The translations under genes and the position numbers were made by a program. Positions 53,896-64,000 of a DNA stretch of 64,000 bases are shown here, piece by piece; the stretch's first letter is position 1; every line of letters begins with the position of its first letter. The notes under the pieces were generated by a model, which did not search any database, was not told the DNA's origin, and was given only the letters and a program-made list of their open reading frames with translations. Source of the DNA: Polymyxa betae A26-41 (lineage: Eukaryota > Protista > Endomyxa: Phytomyxea); NCBI GenBank assembly GCA_003693705.1, contig RBZT01000753.1, positions 1 to 64,000 of the forward strand. The letters run 5' to 3'.

Positions 53896-56694
53896 ATGGC
53901 GACCGCGATCTTGTCGCTTGCGCTTCTCGGGGTGACGTCGGCCATTGGTATTATTGGTCTCGGCACGACGCTGCCGCTGTCGCCTTGCTCGATGCTGGCA
54001 CCGGCGTCGATGGGGCGCCGTGGCCTTGAGCTAAGCTCTGTCTCCCTGCACAACCGGCCTATGCCGAAGCTGCTTCGAATGGTCCCTCAACACCTATCTA
54101 TGACGAAAATGCATCGAATTCAGGCCATGGCACATTGCGTATACAATCGCTGATATCTCCTCTTTCGTTTTTGTGATATATTTTGTCATAGAACGTTGAA
54201 GAAAGCAAAGACAATCTGCTTAAGATTAGTATTATTCAGGTCACATTTTTCTGCCTTTTTTCTTAGTCTCTTTTATTGCATTGTTTTCTTAGAGAGCACG
54301 CTCACAGATTTTAAGCGAATTGTTTTCAAAATCATCGACGTTCTAAGATCGCTGTTTTCCTGCGTTTCCTGCAATTTTGTTTCCTATTTCCTTTCTCGCT
54401 CATCTCGCGTTTGGATTGGTATTGAATCTTGTTACTGCAGGCGTCGAGCAAGCGAATTCCTTCACAGGAGGAGGCGGCGAACACCGCCTCCATCATCGAG
54501 CACGGTAGACACTGAGCTCTATCGCCGTCGCCCGCAATTCCATTAACATCGGCCGATAGAAAACCGATTCGTGGCTCAGAACTACGCGCCGCTGCCGATT
54601 GTGTTCTCGCGCGGCTCCAGTGTCTGGCTCTGGGACGTCAATGAGCGCCAGTACCTGGACTTGCTCGGCGCCTATAGCGTTGTCAGCCAGGGTCATAGCC
54701 ACCCTCGTATCCTCTACGCTCTCGTTAATCAGGCTCTTCGACTGGCAACATGCAGCCGCGCTATTCATAACGACCAACTTTCCGGGTGAGAATCGTCATT
54801 TTTTGTTGTTTGAATTTTTCGGACTCGTTTCTTATATTTTTCTCTGCTCTTGGTCTCATACGCCTTCATCCAGGTTTGCGGAATATATCACGAGTCTTCT
54901 TGGTTATGATCGGGTCTTAGTAATGAACACCGGAGCGGAAGCGTTCGATACGGGTAATGTTATCCATCTTCATGACAGGGAGGATTTCCTCACGAGCTTT
55001 GTTCAGCGCTGAAACTGTCGCGCCGTTGGGGATATGCTGTTAAAGGTGTTGAGCAGGATCATGCAAAAGTCGTCGTCCTCCAAGGCAACTTTCACGGACG
55101 TACACTGGGGGCGATCGCGGCGTCGGATGCGTCAAGCAGCGATGGGTTCGGACCTCACCTTCCCGGATTCATTAAGGTTCCTTTCAACGACGTAGACGCC
55201 CTCGAAGATGCCTTCAAAGATAAGTCCGTCGTCGCTTTCATCTTCGAACCAATTCAGGTCTGTCGTCTTGCCATTCCCTCTTCTCCTCCGCTTTGCTCTT
55301 TTCTTCATATTCGAACTTGGTTGTCCATCTTGAAGAACTACACGTTTGCTGTTGTAACATTACCGATACAATAGATGCTGAAAACAAAATATTTTTCCTT
55401 TTATCGTTCGCTCGTCTTTTCATCATCTTTTTTGTTAGCGCAATGATTTTCCACAATGAACCATTTGCCAAGTTGCTTGATTTTGCACGGAAATTTGACA
55501 TTACGTTTGGAGGACAATTTCATTTCAGTTCGTATCATTTGCGTCCCCGTCCTGCTTTATAACGCATTCTAATTTTGGTCTTTGAGCTGCAACCGCGCCA
55601 TTTTCCCTGACTTGTGTCAATGTAGGGCGAAGCTGGAGTTCGCATTCCTTCCGACGGATACCTTCAAACAGTTCGTCAACTTTGCAACAAGTACAATGTC
55701 CTGTTTGTTGCCGATGAAGTAAGGCAGACCGTTGCTGTTTTTCGCCGATTGTTGCTTTGAGGCGATCGCTCGACCCCCGAAAATCCATTGCAAATCTGTG
55801 TACTGACTGTGTCTTCATTCAGGTCCAGACGGGTCTAGGCCGAACCGGTCGCATGTTGGCCTGCGATCACGAAGGCGTTCGTCCCGACGTTGTTATGCTT
55901 GGTGATGGCGCTGGCTCCCGATCCGCACAAACTCTGACCTGTTCGCAGCCAAAGCGCTCTCCGGCGGCATGATGCCGATCAGCGCCGTCCTGGCCGACGA
56001 CGACATCATGCTCAACATCAAGCCTGGCCAGCACGGATCGACGTTCGGCGGCAATGGGATTGCGTCGGCCGTGGCGCTCGAATCTCTCAAAGTGATCGTC
56101 GAAGAAGATTTGGTGTCACGATCTGCCAAATTGGGAGAAGTTCGTACAGATTTCTTCCAATCGCGTTCCCCTCTGAATCGGCTGTTTGTTGATCTACTTG
56201 TTCGCCCTACGGACCTTGTTGTCTTAGGCAAATTCACGACGATCTGATTTTATTGGGGACATGGTCTTGAATCGACCTTCTCCTGGGTTTCTTTTTTCAG
56301 AACATGTTTCTGAGTTTTGATGAGCTTTTGGCGTCTCTTAAATCCAGATTTATCTTAAGTCGTTTCGGATCCCTCTCTATTTTCGCTTCTTCATTCACTC
56401 TTCTCTAACTCGGGCTCTCTTTCGCAGTTCTTCCTGGAAGGCCTTCGCAAGATCAACTCGCCGTACATCAAGAACATTCGCGGCCGCGGCCTGTTCCTCG
56501 CCTTCGATGTTGAGCCGAAAGGCAACCGTTCCGCAAGGAACATCGTGATGTCTGCCCTTGAACGTGGCGTCTTGTTCAAGGAAACGCACAGTCATACAAT
56601 TCGCTTGGCACCGCCTTTCATCATCACTGAAGACGAGATTCGTTTCGCCCTTGATGTCATTCAACAAGCAATTGACGAATATGGGTCTGATTGA
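53896..56694 (+). CDS. OAT: Ornithine aminotransferase (class III PLP enzyme), multi-exon; 5' exons inferred
   Basis: [40 protein letters not shown]|GEAG, DE|[10 protein letters not shown]|AKALSGG (PLP Lys), HGSTFGGN and IRLAPP. Confidence 0.93.
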
Positions 56695-57059
56695 TCTCAT
56701 GTCGTTTAATCTGCGAGAAGCTGAGTAATGATATTAATAAACCTGCTGCCTATCGGGGTGCCAACCAATGCCACAGAATAATTCCATACTGCATTACATA
56801 AAGATCTCAGTCGAACCATGTTGCAGCTGCTGTGCTCGCTGACCAGTCTCTTTAGGCGGTATTCCGAGCCCCTGCACGAACAGCTTGAGATTTCACCTCG
56901 TACATGTGTGCGCCACCTCTCCGGCCTCTCCTCGTACTGTCTTTCCAAGTTCTCGATGTTATCTACCATGGACTTGTGGTCTTACACTAGACGATTCCCG
57001 ACCTAATACAGATGAGGAAATTCTACAGGCCTTTCACGTATGGTGAGGAATTGTGGCTC

Positions 57060-57560
57060 ATGGGGTGCTTGATGAGATTTTTTCCTGCGACCGTTAATTG
57101 TCTTCATTGGGACGCGTCGCATGTCCCATTATTTGGCGAGATGAGCGCGGCGCCGAATTCGAACTCGACGAGAACGGCGTTGATCTGGGCCCACAAGGAA
57201 ACCATATGACGCAGAGCAGTGTTGATAACTGTCCCGGTCCTCTTAAATAACTCCATCCATCTTGGTAAAGACTTTCACAGCGACCCTCTTTATATCCTCA
57301 GACGGAAAAATGCTTCCTCCTCATGTTCTGTTTTTGAAACTGAAAATGAAACCTCCGGTTGCGGATGGGATTATTTGGGATGTGAATACTACAGGTATGA
57401 TCAATGATGTGATTTTGAGAAATTCATCAAAGAGACTGTGTTGAAGCGAACGTCTATTTTACTGTGGAGGGAGCCTAAACTATATTCAATCGACTCGTAT
57501 ATGGGGTGCATGTGACCGTTGGCTCAGTAAAAAAGAGCTTGAGAAAATGAATGTGTTTGT
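57060..57560 (+). mobile_element. pogo/Tigger-type DDE_1 transposase remnant
   Basis: KTFTATLFISSDGKMLPPHVLF...WDVNTTGM and a downstream IDSY; broken by stops and frameshifts. Confidence 0.65.
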
Positions 57561-57629
57561 CAGTTTATTCCAAGCGAAAACTCTTTCCAGGATTTCTCAC
57601 AAGCTTTGAGCCAATCACCTGCATTTTGC

Positions 57630-58335
57630 TGAAGTGACGAACGCTTACCCTGAATTGAGCGAAATTCTGGGCAAGGATTACATTGCAGGAATGGTACAAG
57701 TCTCTACTGCTCCAGCCCTCCCCAAGCCAAAACCGGGAGAATATCGCCCGATCAGCCTGCTTTCGAATCACCGAGTTCATAATACAAACTCGAATCCGAG
57801 ACATAATCAACAAAAAACTGCCACGAAACCAGTTCGAATGCCGTACAGGACACTCAACCTCACACGCTCTCATACGCCTAATACACTACTGCGGTACAAG
57901 CGCGGCCAAAAATGAACAATTCGGATGCATATTTCACGATTTCACAAAAGCGTATGACAGAGTTCCTAAACACATATTAGTCAAAAAAATGATAAAATTT
58001 GGCATCCCACCTCAACTAATACTGATAATTTATGACTGGTTATGCTAAAGAACTTTCAAGGTAATACATAAAAACGCCCTATCTCAAATCCGAGAACAAA
58101 AAAACGGCGTCCCTCAAGGATCCAGCCTCAGTGGTCTACTATGGCTAATATTCGTATACGATATGCCGCTCCCAGCAACCAATTCGAATATTTACGTAGA
58201 CGACACAGTTGGCTGGGTTTCTGCGCCCACAAAAGACGAAGTTACAGAAGGTTTAACACCACAACTCCTAGATATGGAAGCATGGTGTCTACAGAACAAA
58301 ATCAACACCGATAAAACTTGCGTAATGTTTCAACG
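57630..58335 (+). mobile_element. Non-LTR retrotransposon reverse transcriptase remnant
   Basis: YRPISLLS, DFTKAYDRV, GVPQGSSLS and YVDD, with frameshifts and stops. Confidence 0.9.
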
Positions 58336-58599
58336 AAAGTCATCCATCCGATCAGATCCGTACTAGACGAGGGACCATTAAAACAATGCCCTCCATTAAA
58401 TAATGCTCCAGCCCAGCTTGAATTTTTCAGCGTCATTGTCGCTCTGTCTGTGAGTATTACAGGATTGCGCACGCGCTCCCGAGTCAGATCTAAACCTGAA
58501 GTTTTTGCTTCGGAAAGCGAGCCGAATTGACCAACAAGCTCAATTGGCGATCGACATCCTACAAGGACGCGATGGAATCTGACGGACCTCAATACAGGC

Positions 58600-59600
58600 A
58601 GAAAACTATGCAAAAAGAATACCATTCTCTACTGCGTAACGGAACATGGACTTTATGACAACTACCTGAATGCCGCACTGCTATCAAATCAAAGTGAATC
58701 TTCAAACTTAAGACCAATGAGGACGGCAGCGTGCTGCGCTACAAAGCTCGACTTGTAGCACAAGGTTTTTCCCAGCGCTAAGGCAACGATTACGACGACA
58801 CTTTTTTTCTTCTGTTGCTTCATTAACAACAATTCGAAGATCGATCAGTTTGAAGGCGGTGGGATATATCGTTCATCATGCTGACGTCGACACTGCGCAT
58901 CTCAACGCGGACTTGGACACAGAGATCTTTGTCACTCAGCCTCTCGGATTCGAATCTCAGAATCTTGAAGGTGCCCAACTTGTTTGACGGACTTAAGCAG
59001 GCGGGCTTTGCTTGGTACCGTCATCTTTGCAAAATTCTAGTCTCGACCCAGGTCTGGTGACCTGGGTCCCGATCACGCTTCACTTCCGATTGCTCTTGTA
59101 CAAGACAATGCAGCAATATCATATCAATGATCGATGCCATCGAGCCTGGCGCCGTCGTCGCCGAAAAGCCGATTGTGGACGTGATTGGCAGCAACGCTAT
59201 CGCAGAGCTGCATGAACATCCTTGGCAGAAGGTCCAGATGGCCTTCGTGCCAGGGATAAAATGGTTTCAGCATGAGACATGCTTATTCGGCTCTGGGCCA
59301 GTGGAATTCAAAGTCGACATCGATTGGTGGAAGCTTGGTTATCAGCCAGAGCCACATCATAGCCTTTTCAACTTCGTTAAGCGTGAGATTGACGTCGATA
59401 TCAAAGTGTTTCTTAGGGCACCACTTGTGGCCAAGTCTTGCGTGACAGCAATCACGGCGGTGGTGACGTTAGACGCCTCTCTTCACTAGCAGGAATCAAG
59501 TATCGTGAAGCAATCGGCTGTTTACTTTGTATCGCCAACAGTACTCGTCCTGACGTTGCACAAGCTGTTCACTATGCTGCTCGATTTGTTCGAGGTTTTC
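58600..59600 (+). mobile_element. Ty1/Copia reverse transcriptase remnant
   Basis: RYKARLVAQGFSQR, DVDTAHLNADL, GLKQAG and KYREAIGCLLCIANSTRPDVAQAV. Confidence 0.88.
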
Positions 59601-59699
59601 TTGAATCCCGAAGTTTGAACTACCTAGGACTGGCTGTAATTCTGGAGGAGCCCCCATCACTTCAGGATTTAGTTACCTGTATAAACGAATAAACAGTCG

Positions 59700-60394
59700 C
59701 GTCCGCAACCTTAGCATTCTCCTTCTTCTTATGAGGATTCATTTCCGATTGTTTCTTCCAGCACTTATCCTCCACATGCCCGCGTCAGCGACAATGATTG
59801 CATGTAGGAACGTTCGCTCCTGCTTTCAGGCAGAACCCGACTCTGAAGCGTACCAAGAGTTAAGCTCGGTTGTGAATGAAGAACAGCAATAATCTCGGGA
59901 AACCGATGAGCAGTATTAGCCATAATGGTGTCAATAAGATAATCATCGTCAAGTTTCTTTTCGGTTGATGAAACCATCTCAATCAAACGCTTCTTTTCGA
60001 GAACAAAAGCATCAATTGATTTTGAATGAGATATTTAACACCCCAAAATGCTGTTTTGGCTTCAGCAGCTCTCAAACGAGACGGTTTTCCATAACGTTCG
60101 GCAAGAGCACTTATGAGATTGTGGCAGAGATCGATATCAGCGAATTGGGAGCAAACTGTGGGCTCCATTGTCAGCAAAAGGATCGCCGCTAGCTGTTTTG
60201 ACGTCTCCGTTTCTGAAGTGCCGTTACTGGACGACGATGAAGGAGCTGTGGTCAGAAACGTCTTAATTCTATTCGACTATGCGTGTAGCTGGATTGCGGA
60301 CAGCCACTCATGGTAGTTGCTATCATCTCGCAAATGGGGTTTGACGTGCCCGGCGATCTTGACCGGGTCTGGAAGCTTCACTGGGCCCATAACC
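59700..60394 (-). mobile_element. Ty1/Copia 5' remnant: primer-binding site plus gag
   Basis: GGTTATGGGCCCAG (60381-60394, minus strand) is the copia-type PBS for a tRNA-iMet fragment; degenerate gag-like ORFs follow at 59765-60177. Confidence 0.65.
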
Positions 60395-60756
60395 AATTCG
60401 AAGGTTAAGGGACGATTAAAGAAGACAACCTTTCAATTAAGAGTATTTTATTTTTGCGTGATGCCGGCAAAACAACGGCCGGCCTTGTTGCCAACACAAG
60501 GGAAGTTGGTGTTGATTATATAATAAGTTGATTGGGATATTTTGATGGCTTAAAGACTGGAACAATTTTTTTGTTCGTAAGATCAGAATGTCGAGTGAAT
60601 CCAGCGCTTCACTCGAACGATTTGATGACAATTGTGGTGCTGGCCCTATCGTTCCTGTATGAGGTATCCTCAGCTAGGAAATTCATGTGCAGAATCGTGG
60701 ATATTCAAGTGGAAATTTGCATTCGCTCAATAGTTCGAGAATGTTAGACTCAATAA

Positions 60757-61050
60757 GGGCCCGTACCTAAGCTCAGTATTCCAGAATCAAAAGTGACGGC
60801 TGGAATTCACATTCGAATTCTTGCTGGAATACAAACAGAATTCTCGCTGGAATTTAAATCGTTTCAAGGATACTGGAATTCTGGCGGCAATGCCCACTCA
60901 GAAGTCCTGAATCAGAGCTGTAGCTGGAATTCCAGTAATTGAATTAATAAGAATTATGACTCGAATTCCAGTAATAGAATACTAGCTGGAGTACCATATA
61001 CTATACGAATACTGGAATTCTGGTCGCGCTTTCATTCCGAAATCCAGTAT
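60757..61050. repeat. Cluster of ~9-10 CTGGAAT/ATTCCAG motifs; probable DNA-transposon subterminal region (Harbinger-like TAA|GGGCCC start)
   Basis: The motif recurs in both orientations, partly at 24-26 bp spacing. Confidence 0.55.
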
Positions 61051-61819
61051 CAGAAGGCGAAGGAAAGTGACGAAATGTGAAGAATGGCGAAGGGAGGCGC
61101 AATTCCTGGCCCACGCCATCATAGTACACTAGAGCAGTCATCCATATAATCGCGAGCTCAAGACGATTTTACAGGAAACGTTTTTCGTGGAGTCGTCGCT
61201 GATCTTGAGGTGCGCTATTCTGAGGGTTGGAAGATAGCTAAGCTGCAAAGATGAAACTCACGGATTAGGTTATGATCTTTCCAATGATGCATAATTCTAT
61301 ATAGATATAGAGTCAATTTATCAGACCACCCAAAGGTATCAACCCCAATACCAATACTTGATGCAATCTCGAGATTCCTTCGTGAGCTGATAAAATTATC
61401 ACCAATTCTACACTGACAGTATTACAAGTTAGAGCGCAGGGAAATGTATTGGGAGATAATAATTCGAAAGGGAACAAAGCAGGAGTAGCTTTCTCTAATT
61501 TTGCAAGGAAAAAGNNAAATTTTGAAGTTCAACAAAAAACATTTGAAGATCTCTAATTTTTAGTAACTAAACGGACCTGGGTTTACTTAATAATAGGACA
61601 GGCAGGACAGGTGGAAAGGTGATTTAGGGCGACGATAACTGCCGAGGGTTTGGCAGCAGATTCAGGTCGCAGGGACACGACAAGAACAGGTGCGCTTCTG
61701 GATGTCGCGGCAACTTTGCTTTGACGTCGCGGCCGACGGGACGACAATGTCAAGTAGACAGATGAACTTCTTTTGGTAAAGCCAGACACGTCTTACAAGA
61801 AAAAGCGAAACGGTGTAGG

Positions 61820-62252
61820 ATTCATCCTGGTTATGGCGGAAACAATCGTCATGGAGCTGTATGCCGGCATGTAGTTGCTGCGGCAAGAAGAATACGACTG
61901 CTTTGATGACATTTTAATGAAACACAGCGAGCGTCTATAATCTCTTTTCAAGAAAAAAAAAGTATAACAAGATGCATTATTGTGGCAGTAATTAGAACAA
62001 ATTATCTCGATTGTATATTGTTACAAAAGATAAATCATGCAACAGCGTATGAACAGCAAATCAGCATTGAACAGAGAGCAACGACTTCGTCCTCAATCCC
62101 CTCATAGTGAAGACGAAAAAGGTCGTCCAAAGCAGAAACGGACCCGCGAGAAAAACGTTGCAGAACTTCTGCCGAAGATCAAAACACGAAAATATGCAGG
62201 GCCTGGTCCAGTACAACAAAGCCATAATCAGGCGGTTAGCAGCCTTGAATAA
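61820..62252 (+). mobile_element. MULE/Mutator transposase 3' remnant
   Basis: SWIM-like VCRHVVAA near 61860 and a basic KGRPKQKR...TRK tail; heavily decayed. Confidence 0.5.
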
Positions 62253-63054
62253 TTTACACATCAATTCTTTTGGCAAAATGGCGTGATTATTCAAATCTGA
62301 ATATGGCAGCTCGATTAGCAACCTCGAAAAAATTGATTCTTATGAATATAGTTAGCGGCCTCGTATTACAAATTCAAGTTTCGCAATCGTGCAAATCATC
62401 CATTTTTAAAGAAACACCAAATCTCAATCACTGAGCAGAACATTCTGTCTATGACGGCTGTGTCATGATGGTGTGATGCACGGGGGTGAAAGGGTTCACA
62501 GCACGGTCGTTCAATTGTAATAAATTTCATACTGAGCAACTCTCAGTTATCAACTATAAAATTCAAGAATTGGTCACTGGTTACGAACAGGCATAATATC
62601 TGTTCGTTCTCCATTGAAGAGCCTGACAGAAAAGACGAATGTGCGGACGTAGAACGAAACAATAAATTTCGAGCTTTTGTATCATCAGATTTGGATCTGG
62701 TTTCAGGAGAATATCGAAATATGGAAATATCTGCAAAACTCTGTATTACTGAATAGATTATATCAAATAAGAAGGGATTGGGCGCAGATATGATGATAAG
62801 TCAGTACGACATGTCGGACAGGTGCCAGAATTATCACGGATCCACGTCAGCAGGCAGATAGCGTGATATCTCTGTTTGCATTTACACTTAGGTATGGCAT
62901 CTTGTGAGGTCATCGGCTCCAGACAGATAGGACAGTCCTCACCCTATCAGCAGATCGTGTTATTAGAGCAAGACGGATTCAAAACTGAAAAAATCGAGTT
63001 GAACCGTCGTTGATGAAAACAAGGTGCCAAGTTGAATCAATGACAGTTATGAGA

Positions 63055-63912
63055 TTATGAAGCGATGTAACATAACAATTTCAAGGATGTCTGAAATGAT
63101 AAAAAAAAGTGTAACATTACAGTATCAGGTGAGGTCTCATCCAAAGCAGCATCAACACATTCCAAGTGCTCTGAAGTCCACTGCAGAAATTTACGTAAAT
63201 TGTCTTGGTTCGGACTGAATAGAGACTGCATTTTTTCCAAATAATTCCTTGGTTTTAAAGAGCGCAGCCCGTTCAGTAAGCTGCTCATTTCATCGGACAA
63301 ATCCTCGCTATCCCAATGCTGCTCTATAATTCCGTATTCAGAGATACAAACCGAACAAATCGGATTCGCAGACCTTCGATAGCACCCAGATCGGGTAACG
63401 GCATAAAAACCGACAGAAATCGGCCTGCGGTCCAGTACGTCAGCGCCTGAACGACGCTGGGTGCGGTGCGGAACAAGGCTCGGGCAATGCTACAGGCTAC
63501 GAGAGACGCGCGTTGGTTGCCGGACTTGACAATTTCGAAGACGTTGCCGCAATTAATAAACATGAGAATGGCCAGATGATTGGTGTTGCGAATGCCGAAT
63601 TGTTTCGGATTGTTTCCGATGGCTTCTCCGAAGTAAGGCACGTCCTCGAAACTTCGTCAATGGCGTGGGCGGAGAATTGGTTAAAGCGAAATAATCATCG
63701 ACGATCTGGAATATTCCATCGAGCGATAACGAGCTGCTGCGGACTAAATGAGCGATGAAATTGGCTGCCAGATTGATGCGAAGAGCAGTATGAAGTTGAT
63801 CGGAAAGTGGCAGCAGACAAAAATCGATCAATTTTCGATCATCGATCTGTTTCGTTGTTATGACGTTGAGATCAAATAAGTATCTGTCACATAAAATAAG
63901 CCGAATAGCCAT
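63055..63912 (-). CDS. Unknown protein, probably multi-exon or decayed and extending beyond the window
   Basis: Successive same-strand ORFs with helical composition; no motif recognised. Confidence 0.3.
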
Positions 63913-64000
63913 AATATAACTGAAAACTGCATGAAGATATTGAAGCGGATCAAACGAAAGATAATTTCAAAGAATTATAAAACACAGAGGACGGACTGTC

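Noticed and set aside
61515-61516. NN bases
   Set aside because: Assembly ambiguity, not a biological feature; continuity across it is uncertain.

Overview
Eukaryotic genomic DNA with dense genes and very short (~45-60 nt) GT-AG introns. It is probably from a flagellated protist; a plasmodiophorid-like Rhizarian is my inference, not proven. Positions ~3.8-39.6 kb are a gene-dense housekeeping block: LPAAT, eIF2B-epsilon, UAP1, PH/LRR-RhoGAP-like, 4xGAF-Raf-like kinase, Btk-zinc finger, F-box, class 3 lipase, dynactin p62, Rad21, CEPT, Net1/Dnt1-like, TEX49/SPMIP11-like, PCD-like, ICME and P5C dehydrogenase. Positions ~39.6-64 kb are mostly nested, decayed mobile elements (hAT, LINE, Copia, pogo, MULE) around one intact ornithine aminotransferase. 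The standout is a 2,918-bp element (43014-45931) inserted cleanly into a hAT transposase ORF. It has a 6-bp TSD (AGTTGT), 5'-AG...CT-3' ends and ~550-bp terminal inverted repeats, each opening with a 171-bp multi-arm hairpin. Its very AT-rich, intron-less core carries small virus-like ORFs (two ending in an F-box/cullin-adaptor-like motif), a shared TTACGTTATT upstream motif and a complete tRNA-His(GUG) gene. It looks like a non-autonomous mini-Polinton or virus-satellite element that carries a tRNA. Exon boundaries were inferred by eye and no database searches were run.
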